Below are positions 25,733 to 35,693 of a stretch of DNA of 45,767 nucleotides, piece by piece (position 1 is the first letter of the stretch; every line of letters begins with the position of its first letter). The notes under the pieces are model-generated. The model was given only the letters and a program-made list of their open reading frames with translations, was not told where the DNA came from and made no database searches. This DNA comes from a virus (taxonomy: Duplodnaviria; Caudoviricetes), in IMG/VR virus record IMGVR_UViG_3300005512_000069, positions 1 through 45,767 of that record. One strand, given 5' to 3'. The position numbers were made by a program, and so were the translations under genes.

Positions 25733-26136
25733 ACAGGGCTCTCAGCACGACGAACGTCTCGACGTCCAACCCCGTGATGGCCGCCTTCCTGGATCTCCGG
25801 GAGGGTGCGGCCACCGCCGAGGACGAGGAGCGGGCTGCTCAGGACGCTGCCCTCGAGCAGCTCATGCAGCCTGGTGGCCAGCCGGCCTACGACGAAATCG
25901 CCGACTCGCTCCCTGAGGCGCTCAGGGCGTTCGGGATCCACTACGACCAGGAGAGCGAGTTCCACCAGGAGCACCTGGCCAAGCTGGCCAAGCACCTGGA
26001 CGGCAAGCTCGAGGAGCTCGGGGACCTGAGCCGCCAGATCGGGCGCCTCTTGGCCGGAGCGGTCTCCAGGGGCCAGCCCAGGGCGCTTCGTGGGCTCTCG
26101 GGGCACATCGAGGGGCTCGGGCGCTTTGAGAGATGA
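25657..26136 (+). CDS. Hypothetical helical protein
   Basis: ORF with GC3-rich codons; start uncertain because it overlaps the GT 3' end. Confidence 0.6.
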   Translation: MERTVQTRLGPIHIGGSGGDVRQLVDRALSTTNVSTSNPVMAAFLDLREGAATAEDEERAAQDAALEQLMQPGGQPAYDEIADSLPEALRAFGIHYDQESEFHQEHLAKLAKHLDGKLEELGDLSRQIGRLLAGAVSRGQPRALRGLSGHIEGLGRFER

Positions 26137-26321
26137 GCGGTCCGAGTTATGCTATCCACCTGACGGTGAAGACCGTTGACGGCGAGAAGGTCGTCATGGA
26201 CATCCCGGCCGAGCCTGGCCTCCTCCCGCTCGCCGAGCTGATCAAGCAGCACGATGACGTCCCGAGAGCCGTGGACGCGTTCCTGCTGACGATCAAGCGG
26301 AGCCTCGCCGGACGAGACTGA
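26133..26321 (+). CDS. Hypothetical protein
   Basis: 62 aa, coupled at both ends. Confidence 0.65.
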   Translation: MSGPSYAIHLTVKTVDGEKVVMDIPAEPGLLPLAELIKQHDDVPRAVDAFLLTIKRSLAGRD

Positions 26322-26758
26322 TGCCTGAGGTCCATCTGACGCGTTGGTTGTGGCAGTGCGTGGTCAAGGTGGCGCCGTTCATGGTCCGGACTCTCCCGCA
26401 GGGCTACGACTCGGACACGATGACGTACCGGACCCCCGCAGTGGATGGGGACGGGAACGCGGTCGTGTCCGGCGGGGCGATGGAGGTGATCGAGTCTGAC
26501 TCCCTGGATTGGGTCGCAGCGTCGGGCAACCCACAGGCGCTCGTGATTCCAGCCGATGCCTACGGCGGAGTCTCGCTCAGTAACCAGGGCTCGGTGGTCG
26601 TGTGGGTGTCCGTCGGAGACGACAAGGGCGTGAACCACGGCTTCCGACTGACCGTTGGTGGATACCGGCACCTCCCACTCCGGGGGGTGACGCTCCAACT
26701 GAATGGGGTCAGCGGGTCGCCCAGCGTCTACTACGTGATCTACGGGACGAGTTCCTGA
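26321..26758 (+). CDS. Small beta-rich virion protein
   Basis: SLSNQGSVVVWV...GFRL..G pattern typical of small virion beta-sandwich proteins. Confidence 0.6.
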   Translation: MPEVHLTRWLWQCVVKVAPFMVRTLPQGYDSDTMTYRTPAVDGDGNAVVSGGAMEVIESDSLDWVAASGNPQALVIPADAYGGVSLSNQGSVVVWVSVGDDKGVNHGFRLTVGGYRHLPLRGVTLQLNGVSGSPSVYYVIYGTSS

Positions 26759-28365
26759 TGCCCGTCAAGGAAATCTACACGCCGCACCCCGACTGGACCG
26801 AGTTCCGGTACAACGGCCCGACGTACACCGGGCAGACCGCGCTGTGCAAGGCGAATCTGTTCGTTCCCGCGGGGAACACGCCCGCTGCTGGCTGGCCGCT
26901 CGTGCTGGCCCCCGCCACGTCCGGCTGGGTCACGACCTGGCTTCTCGACGAGGTCAGCGACACCTGCTTCGACACGGTCAATCGCGCGTGGCTCAAGGCG
27001 TTTCTGGACAACGGCTACGCGGTCATGGTGTTCAGCGTGACGGTGCCGCGGTCGCACGATACGAGCGTGGATGCGTTCTACAACGTGCCGCACACGGACA
27101 CGGTGATCGACATCGACCAGCTCGCGGCCCCCGGCGCTGGCAACAACAACCGCTACGGCCCTGCCTATACGGGCAACGGGTTGACGCACCACGTCGACGA
27201 GACGATGCCCGGCGACTACGACGGCGGGACCCACCCGTACGCTCGAGTCGACTGGCCGATGGCCATCAAGGACGGCGTCGCGGCCTTGCAGTTCGCGATC
27301 CACAACTCCGACTCGATGCAGATCAACCCGAACAGGTTGGTCGCCTATGGTCAGTCGGCAGCCGCGTGGGTCATGTGGCACGTAGCGGGCACGGGGCGTG
27401 ACCTTGCTGCAGAGACGTGGCCCGCAGGCACCGGGCAAGAGACGATCAGCACGCACAACCGGTTCTTCGCACGAGTGCTCTGCAAAGCCCCCATCTGGTT
27501 CAGGGCGTTCCTCCAAAACACAGCCGGCATCTTTGAATACCTGGCCACGCCTGGCACGACTGGTGCCTCGCTCTACGACACCTACGATGTTGGCGCCCTC
27601 ACACTGAGCCATGACCCGGTGGGCGCCGGCAACCTGCCCTTCGGCGCTGATGACGACACGCAGGACGCGAACAGCCCGCTGCAGTGGGTGACCGCCGCTG
27701 CCGACTTCAACAAGACCGTGCCCACGTATATGTGGTACGACGCGTCAGCCGTCGGAGACCAACCGTTCGACAAGACCAAGGTCAGCGGCGATGAGTCCGA
27801 CTACCACTCGATCTGGTACGGCGCTGCCATAGCCAAGGCGTTGGCGGGCGGCAACGTACGGCTCACGGCTTCGACGTCCGCTGTCGCGAACAGCCTCGAC
27901 ACGACTGCGCCGGTCCTGGATTACGTCTACTCGGACGCCACGGTGGCTGCAGCAGACGCGCCCCAGGACATGATTGAGTGGCTGGGCAGCGCGCTTGGTG
28001 GTGGTGATCGCCCGCTCGGAGGTAGCTCCGACCCGGTCACCTACGTCACGGGCGGTCAGGCCAGGTTCACGAGTGGCACGACGACTGCGAACACGACTTG
28101 GACGAAGGTGTTCGACTCCAACCCGAACCGCAAGCGTGGCGTCTGGATTCAGGTGACGGCCGGCAATGGCGAGCTGGTCTTGGTCGTTCCGTCCGACTCG
28201 GATCCCGGCACCGGTAGCGCGATCGGCTTCTTGCTCAAGGACGCCTATTCGTCTGCCGTGACTGCCGGGAACATGGACGTGTTCTCTGTCCCCGGGACAT
28301 CGGCGGTCTGGATCAAGAACCGGGACGAAGACACAGCCACCGCCTTCGTGGCCATGGAGTTCTGA
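26758..28365 (+). CDS. Alpha/beta-hydrolase (esterase) fused to a C-terminal virion beta-domain
   Basis: Start MPVKEI; GWPLVL, DGVAALQF...INPNRLVAYGQSAA nucleophile elbow, YHSIWYG candidate His; the C-terminal domain is paralogous to the next two genes. Confidence 0.75.
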   Translation: MPVKEIYTPHPDWTEFRYNGPTYTGQTALCKANLFVPAGNTPAAGWPLVLAPATSGWVTTWLLDEVSDTCFDTVNRAWLKAFLDNGYAVMVFSVTVPRSHDTSVDAFYNVPHTDTVIDIDQLAAPGAGNNNRYGPAYTGNGLTHHVDETMPGDYDGGTHPYARVDWPMAIKDGVAALQFAIHNSDSMQINPNRLVAYGQSAAAWVMWHVAGTGRDLAAETWPAGTGQETISTHNRFFARVLCKAPIWFRAFLQNTAGIFEYLATPGTTGASLYDTYDVGALTLSHDPVGAGNLPFGADDDTQDANSPLQWVTAAADFNKTVPTYMWYDASAVGDQPFDKTKVSGDESDYHSIWYGAAIAKALAGGNVRLTASTSAVANSLDTTAPVLDYVYSDATVAAADAPQDMIEWLGSALGGGDRPLGGSSDPVTYVTGGQARFTSGTTTANTTWTKVFDSNPNRKRGVWIQVTAGNGELVLVVPSDSDPGTGSAIGFLLKDAYSSAVTAGNMDVFSVPGTSAVWIKNRDEDTATAFVAMEF

Positions 28366-28366
28366 C

Positions 28367-28741
28367 ATGACCGAGGTCTACCCCCTTCGAACCACTGATG
28401 CTCAGCCGGTCGTTCCGATCGCGAACGGCAACGCGGCTTGGAAGCCACTCGGCCAGACGAACGCCTCCACGTCGTGGAAGGAGGCGATCCAGGAGAACCT
28501 TTCCCGCAAGGAAGGTGTCTGGATCCAATGTACGCATGCGACGGCGAAGATCCTCGTGGTCCGCCCGGCGGACAGCGACCCCGGTACTGGCACGAAGGTC
28601 GGGTTCAAGGTCAAGGCGTCCTACACATCAGCGACGGCCGTGGACAACGACGACGTCCTGTTCGTGCCCGGCACGGGAGCCGTGTGGGTGAAGGATTTCG
28701 ACGAGAACACCGCCGTCAGCTACACGGTCTGGGAGCGCTGA
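28367..28741 (+). CDS. Small virion beta-domain protein (paralog 2)
   Basis: RKEGVWIQ...DSDPGTG..GF..K..Y...VPGTGAVWVK. Confidence 0.75.
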   Translation: MTEVYPLRTTDAQPVVPIANGNAAWKPLGQTNASTSWKEAIQENLSRKEGVWIQCTHATAKILVVRPADSDPGTGTKVGFKVKASYTSATAVDNDDVLFVPGTGAVWVKDFDENTAVSYTVWER

Positions 28742-28742
28742 G

Positions 28743-29090
28743 ATGTCTGCCCCCAATCCTCTCCGCGCTACCTGGGCTGATCCGGTCTTCGAGGTCGCCG
28801 ATGGGCCCGTGACGTTCTACTCGGGCACCCAGGCCAGCGGCAACTCGGAGATCATCCCGGCCAACCCGAACCGCAAGAAGGGCGTCTGGGTCCAATGTAC
28901 TGCGTCCAGCGCCAAGGTCATCGGGATCTACACCGAGGCCGGCCAGGAGACCGCTGTCCGCAAACTCAAGGCCGCCTACACGGACGTCATCGTCGGCATG
29001 ATGGCTGTTGCGTTCATCCCCGGCGGCCAGGCTGTCCGGCTGACCACGATCACGGGCGCCAACAGCGAGTGGGTCGCGATGGAGTATTGA
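28743..29090 (+). CDS. Small virion beta-domain protein (paralog 3)
   Basis: ANPNRKKGVWVQ...KAAY...IPG..AV...VAMEY. Confidence 0.75.
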   Translation: MSAPNPLRATWADPVFEVADGPVTFYSGTQASGNSEIIPANPNRKKGVWVQCTASSAKVIGIYTEAGQETAVRKLKAAYTDVIVGMMAVAFIPGGQAVRLTTITGANSEWVAMEY

Positions 29091-29091
29091 T

Positions 29092-30150
29092 GTGATCAAC
29101 GGCTACGGGTCAGCGGCGCAACTCCAGCGGGACGTCCAGGATCTGGTCCAGGACGTCTCGACGATCGGCGGGCAGAAGATCCTCCGCGCCATCAACCGCG
29201 CGTTGGATGAGATCTCCAGCGACGCCGACTGGCCTCAGCTCGAGCGCTCCGACGAACTCGGGCTGCGCAAGGCGAGCGACACGGGTGTCGCGGTCCTCGA
29301 CTCTGGCTCTGGCTACTTCACGGGCCCCGTGGATGCCGAGCGGGTCAAGTCGATCACGATTTATTCGCCTACTGGCTGCACGATGCGCCAGGTCAGTGCG
29401 TCCGAGCTCGCGACGACGGCCGGCGCCGAGCTTCAGAGCCGAAGCGACATCCCCCGGGTCTTCTCCCGTGTGGGTCAGTGCGCTCAGTGGAAGCCTATCG
29501 CCGCCGATTCCCAGATGACCTTGAAGTGCAGCGACTCCGGCAACGACGACGTCCGCGACGTTCGGGTCCGCTACAAGCGCTACGACAGCCACATGGGCGC
29601 GACGGTGGTTGAGGATGTCCTGGCCGGCACGTTCTCCGGAGCGGGCATCGCCCTGAACGCTACGGTCGAGTCGGGATGGTCCATCGAGTCCGTCGACCTC
29701 CCCGTGGGCTGGGTTGGCCGCACGACGATCGAGGACTCAGCCGCGAGCACTGTGGTCGAGATCGACAACGCCTTCGAGCCAGGCTCTCTCTCTGGGTCGC
29801 ATTGGGTCCACTACTCGCGCCCCCTGTTTCGAGTCTGGCCGAACCCGGATCGGGACTACAAGGCCACCGTTGTCTGGAAGCGCCGGCACCCGCCGATCTT
29901 GACTGCGACCGACGTTCTTGAGATCCCTGCAGCCGCAGCGGTCGTCTTCAAGGCAGCCGCCTCGATCATGGGCGCCGAGCGCCGTCTGGCGGATGCTGCA
30001 GCCTTCAACCGACGGGCCGAAGCAGCGCTTGAGAGGGAACTCAGCGGGACGGGCCGGGCCACGACGGCCGTGACCCCGGCAATGGGCAGCGTCCTTGGCG
30101 CAACGGGCGTGCCCCACCGTCGCCGGAACATCTGGTATTCCGATGCCTGA
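29092..30150 (+). CDS. Head-tail adaptor protein
   Basis: N-terminal helices AINRALDEI...WPQL; VWPNPD.DY motif; position in the operon. Confidence 0.7.
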   Translation: MINGYGSAAQLQRDVQDLVQDVSTIGGQKILRAINRALDEISSDADWPQLERSDELGLRKASDTGVAVLDSGSGYFTGPVDAERVKSITIYSPTGCTMRQVSASELATTAGAELQSRSDIPRVFSRVGQCAQWKPIAADSQMTLKCSDSGNDDVRDVRVRYKRYDSHMGATVVEDVLAGTFSGAGIALNATVESGWSIESVDLPVGWVGRTTIEDSAASTVVEIDNAFEPGSLSGSHWVHYSRPLFRVWPNPDRDYKATVVWKRRHPPILTATDVLEIPAAAAVVFKAAASIMGAERRLADAAAFNRRAEAALERELSGTGRATTAVTPAMGSVLGATGVPHRRRNIWYSDA

Positions 30151-31897
30151 CCCCCAAGACATGACTATCGAGCCGGACATCCGCTTCGTTGCGGACGTGC
30201 CGCTCATGTCGGGGACGGTCAACGGGGAGAACCCCTGGCACATCCCGGTCGATGCTGCGTCCGAGCTCCTGAACATCGACACGGAGGACGCTTCCCAGCC
30301 GCGGCGTCGAGAGGGCTACGTTGAGGTCGAGAGTCGTGGCGTGGGTCTTCCCTCAGCCAGCGACGTGCGCTCCATCGGCTACCTCGACATCGCGACGCAC
30401 AGCCGTCTGATGGTCCTGGGTCTGGAGAACGACGGGCTCTACTATATCGCCCGGCCGAGCAGCTTGGCTGGTTGGACCCGCGCCACGACGTCCGCAGACA
30501 CCAGTCTGAACAGCGGGCTCGAGGGCCTGCGGATGTTCCAGAGCGACGACCTGCTCTGGTGCATCGGCCCTGGTGGTGGCGTCCACGCTCTAGCCGCCTC
30601 TGGTGAGCTCATCGACGCTGGCAACGCCTTGACGAGCCCGCCCTGGTCGCCGGTCGATGGGTGCTTCGTAGGGCAGCGGGTCTTGCTGATCCGTAACGGC
30701 CTGTACTGGAGCAAGCTGTCCCCCACTGCGGATGAGGTGAGGGACAGCGAGGCGTTCGATCGCACGAACAACGGGAACACGGGTGGTGGCTACCTGAGCA
30801 TCTCCTCGACGTTTGGTCGCCAAGAAGTCGCCATCCGCCCATGGATCGGCAATGCGGTCATAGTCTATTACGACCGGGCCATCATGTCTATCGCGGTCAA
30901 CAACAGCGACCCGTCACTGAGCGCGGTCGAGGTGGTGGAGCCTCAGTTCGGGTGCTGCGGGAAGTTCGCCATCGCCACGATGGGCGCCGAGCAGTTCTTT
31001 GCGGACCAGGACGCCAACGTGCGCTCGCTCGGCTTGACGATTCAGAACGAGCAGCGCGGCGTGATCCCGGAGGCCCTGAGCGAGCGGGTCAAGGAGGAGA
31101 TTCCGGGCTCGATCACGGTCGGTCGCTACGACCGTATCCGCTTCGAGATCCACAAGAAGTGGCTTTGGGTGTTCTACCCCCGCAACGGTTCGCAGAACAT
31201 CAACGCTTGTATGCGGATGCACCTGCAGCGGCGTACGTGGGACGGGCCTTGGGTTTTCGCCCACGAGTTCTCCGGGTTGCTGCGGTCGAACGTGGACGGC
31301 GATCTCCGTCTGTATGGAGTGACGCCCGACGGCAAGCTCATGCGTATGTTCGATGGTCGCTACAGCGATGACGGCGAAGCCATCGAGTACCGCGAGACGG
31401 CCAGGTCGTTCCACTTCGACATGCCCTGGTGCGGCAAGCGCCCCATGTGGGTTGAAGTCGAGTTCGACGGGGACGCCGGGGCGGAAGCTCAAATCTTCTT
31501 GCGGACTGAAGATGACGCTGACTGGACCCGCGTCAAGCGCAAGGTTGTCACGTCAACCGGCGACTTTCCGCTTTACGAGTTGGGAGAGGCCGACAGTCAG
31601 TTCCCAATCACGGAAGGCCAGTCTCCGCTCCCGTTGACCGAGATCACGTCAAGCCAAACGCGCGGCAGCATCACGATCCACCAGGGCGATGTCGACTCCG
31701 GCTTCCCCGCGCATGGCTCGGACTTCGGCAAGTCTCAGGCGGGCTTTCCGTGGCTGGGTGGCGGAGGCGGCATCGTCGCTGGTCGTTACCCGCAGATCAG
31801 GATCGTCGAGGAAAGCGCCGAGAGGCAGTTCGTCAGAAAGAGCTGGGGGCTTAAGGTGGAGCGCATGAACCATCGCCAGGACGAGGACACGGAATGA
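30143..31897 (+). CDS. Tail nozzle/hub (tail tubular B / P22 gp10-like beta-propeller)
   Basis: Start MPDPQD; about 585 aa, beta-rich; LLNID...RRREGY, FGCCGKFAI, LSERVK; follows the adaptor. Confidence 0.7.
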   Translation: MPDPQDMTIEPDIRFVADVPLMSGTVNGENPWHIPVDAASELLNIDTEDASQPRRREGYVEVESRGVGLPSASDVRSIGYLDIATHSRLMVLGLENDGLYYIARPSSLAGWTRATTSADTSLNSGLEGLRMFQSDDLLWCIGPGGGVHALAASGELIDAGNALTSPPWSPVDGCFVGQRVLLIRNGLYWSKLSPTADEVRDSEAFDRTNNGNTGGGYLSISSTFGRQEVAIRPWIGNAVIVYYDRAIMSIAVNNSDPSLSAVEVVEPQFGCCGKFAIATMGAEQFFADQDANVRSLGLTIQNEQRGVIPEALSERVKEEIPGSITVGRYDRIRFEIHKKWLWVFYPRNGSQNINACMRMHLQRRTWDGPWVFAHEFSGLLRSNVDGDLRLYGVTPDGKLMRMFDGRYSDDGEAIEYRETARSFHFDMPWCGKRPMWVEVEFDGDAGAEAQIFLRTEDDADWTRVKRKVVTSTGDFPLYELGEADSQFPITEGQSPLPLTEITSSQTRGSITIHQGDVDSGFPAHGSDFGKSQAGFPWLGGGGGIVAGRYPQIRIVEESAERQFVRKSWGLKVERMNHRQDEDTE

Positions 31898-33150
31898 CCG
31901 TCACCCTCAGCTCGAGCTACCCGCTTCCGGACGGCAACAACCAGTTGCCGAGCTTGGCGTATCTCAAGCAGGTCATCGAGAACGTGGTGATCTCGGGCCT
32001 GACCCGCGACAACGTCGACGGCACCTCGTCGAGCCTGGTCACGGCGAGCGCCAGCGAGCCCGCATCTCCCAACAACGGCGAGATGTGGCTCGACGTCAGC
32101 GAGAGCCCGTACGTCCTCAAGTCCTACGACGGCGCCGCCTGGGTCGCCCAGGTCTTCGTCGGGACCGACACGCCGTCCGCTACGACCGTGGGCCTGCTCT
32201 GGTACGACAAGACCCTCAAGGTGTTCCGTGTCTATGAGTCGCGAAACGACATCACGGGCTGGCACTCGCTTCACGGCGGCTACGACCTCTACCAGAACAC
32301 GGGCGGCACGGCGATCGTTGCCGGCGACGTGGTGGTGCGCCAAGCCGCGCAGTCGCTCCCCGCGATCCAGGAGTCCACGCTCGTTGCCAAGCGCCGAGAC
32401 GTGATCGGGATCGCCGCGGAGGACATCTCCAACGCGACCTACGGCCTCGTGGCCAAGGTGGGTTCCGGGCTGACGGTCAAGTGCAACGTGGACAACACGA
32501 CCTACGGGATCGTTGAGGGCGACTTCCTCGTCACGGATGCGTTTACTCGAGGCACGGCCAGGTCTGTCGGCCTCAAGGAGAACGTCTCCTACGAGGCCCT
32601 GAACCAGCGCAGTTGGGGTACGCCCCACGGTGCGTTCGCCATGGCGGTCACAGCCCCTTCGTTCACGGGTAACGGCACGATGGATGTGGCGCTCCTGGAC
32701 GATGTGGGCGATGGCCGTGTGGTCATGATGAGCCGCAAGACCGTTCTGAACATCGACGACATCGACAGCACGAACAACATCACCTACGACAACGCCGAGC
32801 TCACGGGCGGGAACTGGAACACGCTCGATGTCAAGGACACGCCCAACGGTGGCTCAGTCTTGATCGACACCAAGCACGAGCCTCTGGCTGGTGTGTTTTT
32901 GCACGTCGATATCGGCGCTTCTTCTGCCGGCACCCTGAACCTGTCGTTCTCTGAGGTTGCCTTGGGAACGGCCTCGGTGGTCTTCAACGAAGAGATCCAG
33001 AACTCGAACCACAAGGCGGTCCACTCGAACTTCTTTGTGGCAACCAAAGAGGACGGGGCCTCGGTCATCGGCAACACGTTCGGCATGAAGGGCGACGGCA
33101 CCGCCACGCTTGACGACTTCGACCTGTACGTCCTGGGATACGTGTACTGA
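31894..33150 (+). CDS. Tail fibre/spike-associated protein
   Basis: Repeated PxxxxxGxxWxD motifs; NTGGTAIVAGDVV. Confidence 0.65.
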   Translation: MTVTLSSSYPLPDGNNQLPSLAYLKQVIENVVISGLTRDNVDGTSSSLVTASASEPASPNNGEMWLDVSESPYVLKSYDGAAWVAQVFVGTDTPSATTVGLLWYDKTLKVFRVYESRNDITGWHSLHGGYDLYQNTGGTAIVAGDVVVRQAAQSLPAIQESTLVAKRRDVIGIAAEDISNATYGLVAKVGSGLTVKCNVDNTTYGIVEGDFLVTDAFTRGTARSVGLKENVSYEALNQRSWGTPHGAFAMAVTAPSFTGNGTMDVALLDDVGDGRVVMMSRKTVLNIDDIDSTNNITYDNAELTGGNWNTLDVKDTPNGGSVLIDTKHEPLAGVFLHVDIGASSAGTLNLSFSEVALGTASVVFNEEIQNSNHKAVHSNFFVATKEDGASVIGNTFGMKGDGTATLDDFDLYVLGYVY

Positions 33151-34886
33151 TGGGTGACATCCAACTCCCCTCTGCCGGACTTCCCTGGTCGTCGCTGAGC
33201 CCGCCCCAGGTGCCGTCGATTACGCAGCTCCAGGCGGACATCAACGCCTCGACGCTGACCACGTCGGCCCTGGCCAAGGTTGGCGCGGGTCAGTACAACG
33301 TCAAGCAGGACGCCTATGGCGCGACAGGCGATGGTGTGACTGACGACGCTGCGGCGATCCAGGCTGCCATCGATGCGGCCGAGCTCGCAGGTGGTGGTGC
33401 GGTCACGTTCCCGTCCGGCACGTACCTCATCGGCAGCACGTTGGTCATCGACAGCAACTCGGTTTGGCTCGTAGGCCCTGGCGGCCGGGCGGCCACGATC
33501 AAGCAGAAGGCGAACGCGGATCTCGGGACCTTGATCCGGTTCGGTCAGGCCAGCGGGACGACGGCCACCAACTACTGCGGCATTCGTGACATCTACGTAG
33601 ACGGGAACGAGTCGAACAACTCAGCGGCGACACCGGTTGCAGGGATTCATATTCGCAACTGCGCCTACTTCAGTATGCGAGATGTGGAGATCCGTGAGTG
33701 CGAGGGTGTCGGCCTTCTGGAGGAGGGGACCGCGGTCGATGTCTCGCAGTACAACTCGTACTCCGGCTTGTTCCTCCGGGCAAATACGGTGGGCGGCGCG
33801 CACTGGAAGAGCCCGAAGTACGCCCGCATCTCGGGCGTCACGGCGGACAACAACAACGATGGCTATGGGTTGCGCTTCTCCGAGCAGGTGGGCATCAACT
33901 CTACGCAATGCACTCTGAGCAACATCATCTGCCAGGGCAATGGAGACCTGGGCTCGCCGACCGATGCCTACGGAGTGGCTTTCGAGGGGTGTCAGCGGTT
34001 CACCGTCACGAACCTCCAGAGCCTCTTCAATGGCGGTCCGGGAATCCACTTCAAGGTTGGCGCCGACGGCAGCGCGAACTCAGGCACCTACACGGGCCTC
34101 GAGTTGCGTAGGAACTCGGAAAACGCTGGGGAGACCTACCAAGGCATCGAGACGGAGGACGCCTCGATCTCGGGCTTGCGCATTTTCGGCATGGACATTC
34201 AGGGCGGCGCCGCTGGTACGCCCGACAAGTTCGGGGCCCACTTCGAGGGCGCGCGCCGGCTGCACATGAACGGCGTGACGCTCCAGTCTGTGGACGGGGG
34301 CGGCATGAGCTTCAATGACTGCTCGATTATCTCGCTGGGCAGCTTCCATGTCCTGTCTTGCGGGAGCACCGGGGCCACGAACAACGACGGCTTGAAGTTC
34401 TCGGGGAACAGTTGGTCCGTCAACATCTCCAATGGATACCTGGCGAACAGCAACACCGACTCGACGAGTTCCGCCTACGAGCTTGACCTCGGGCAGACCC
34501 AGCTCGCCAACGTGTCCGGCGTCAACTTCAATGCTGACGAGGCGGGTTACGAAGTTAGCCAAGATTCTGGGCACGAGCACAAGGCTCGTTTCAGCAACTG
34601 CACGACCGAGTTGTCGGACCTGACGAACGCCACTGTGGCCGCCGCAGCCACCACGACTCTGCCCGTGTGGTCCGACGACATCGACATCACCGGCACGACA
34701 GGCATCACGTCGATCACCCGCTCGTGGGCTGGGCGCATCGTGACGCTGACCTTCGCCGCGGCGCTGACCGTGACGGATGGGTCGAACCTCAAGCTGGCCG
34801 GAAACTTCGTGACGACGGCCGGCGACACGCTGACGCTTCGCTGCGATGGCACCAACTGGATCGAAGTCTCGAGGAGCGCAAACTGA
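33150..34886 (+). CDS. Tailspike with pectate-lyase-like right-handed beta-helix
   Basis: NVKQDAYGATGDGVTDDAAAIQAAID...GGGAVTFPSGTY; beta-helix repeats; C-terminal DTLTLRCDGTNWIE. Confidence 0.88.
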   Translation: MGDIQLPSAGLPWSSLSPPQVPSITQLQADINASTLTTSALAKVGAGQYNVKQDAYGATGDGVTDDAAAIQAAIDAAELAGGGAVTFPSGTYLIGSTLVIDSNSVWLVGPGGRAATIKQKANADLGTLIRFGQASGTTATNYCGIRDIYVDGNESNNSAATPVAGIHIRNCAYFSMRDVEIRECEGVGLLEEGTAVDVSQYNSYSGLFLRANTVGGAHWKSPKYARISGVTADNNNDGYGLRFSEQVGINSTQCTLSNIICQGNGDLGSPTDAYGVAFEGCQRFTVTNLQSLFNGGPGIHFKVGADGSANSGTYTGLELRRNSENAGETYQGIETEDASISGLRIFGMDIQGGAAGTPDKFGAHFEGARRLHMNGVTLQSVDGGGMSFNDCSIISLGSFHVLSCGSTGATNNDGLKFSGNSWSVNISNGYLANSNTDSTSSAYELDLGQTQLANVSGVNFNADEAGYEVSQDSGHEHKARFSNCTTELSDLTNATVAAAATTTLPVWSDDIDITGTTGITSITRSWAGRIVTLTFAAALTVTDGSNLKLAGNFVTTAGDTLTLRCDGTNWIEVSRSAN

Positions 34887-35692
34887 TGGCACTTGGAGCA
34901 CTCGCACTTGGTGGCGCCGGTGTCGCGGCGTCCGCCTACGCAGCCAGAAAGCTCGACGACGTTGAGACCGTTCCGCGCCTGGGGTTCGGCAAGGCGTTCG
35001 GGCTGCCGCGCTTCCTGCAGTTCCGCGACCTCGGCGGCGATGTCGGATCCATGGAGATCAGCCGGCGTGGGTTCCGGAACTTGCCGAAGGGCGAGGGCTT
35101 CGGCGTCGGCCGCGGCAAGAACAGGAAGTTCTACCGGGCCCCGTCCATCGAAGATGTGCGGGCTCAGGCTCGGTCCTTCGAGCGTCGCCGCATCGATGAT
35201 GAGCGCAACTCCCTTCGTGAGCTCCAGAACAGCCCGCTCTACGATTCCCTGCTCGGGGACGCTCAAGGCACGACGAGTCGGTTCGCGCAGAGCGTCACGG
35301 AGCTGGGTCGCCGTTCTCTGGGCGGCGCCGCAGCGTCCGGGCTGAACATCCGTGACGGCGGAGTCCAGGCGAGGGCGCTTGGTCCGGCCGCTCTGCAGGG
35401 CTACCTGGCCCAGCGTGGCCTCCAGCGGCAGGCGGGTATGACGGGCCTGTCCCTGACAAGTGGCGGCGGCACGCCCACGGGAGCCCTTGCCCCTCAGGGT
35501 CTGGGTCAGTTGCGGTCGGCGGTCATGCAGAGGTTCGGCCTGAACCAAGCTGCCTTCGGCGCGAACGCTGGGGCGTCCAACCAGGCCAACGCAGCGCAAG
35601 CCGGCATGTACGCGAAGCTGGGCGGCGGGCTGCTGAACGGCGGTATGATGGCCGCAACGATGGGTGGCTTCTACAACCAGTACGGGGGCTGA
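34886..35692 (+). CDS. Internal virion/ejection protein
   Basis: Start MALGAL; Gly/Ala/Gln-rich with hydrophobic ends. Confidence 0.65.
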   Translation: MALGALALGGAGVAASAYAARKLDDVETVPRLGFGKAFGLPRFLQFRDLGGDVGSMEISRRGFRNLPKGEGFGVGRGKNRKFYRAPSIEDVRAQARSFERRRIDDERNSLRELQNSPLYDSLLGDAQGTTSRFAQSVTELGRRSLGGAAASGLNIRDGGVQARALGPAALQGYLAQRGLQRQAGMTGLSLTSGGGTPTGALAPQGLGQLRSAVMQRFGLNQAAFGANAGASNQANAAQAGMYAKLGGGLLNGGMMAATMGGFYNQYGG

Positions 35693-35693
35693 C

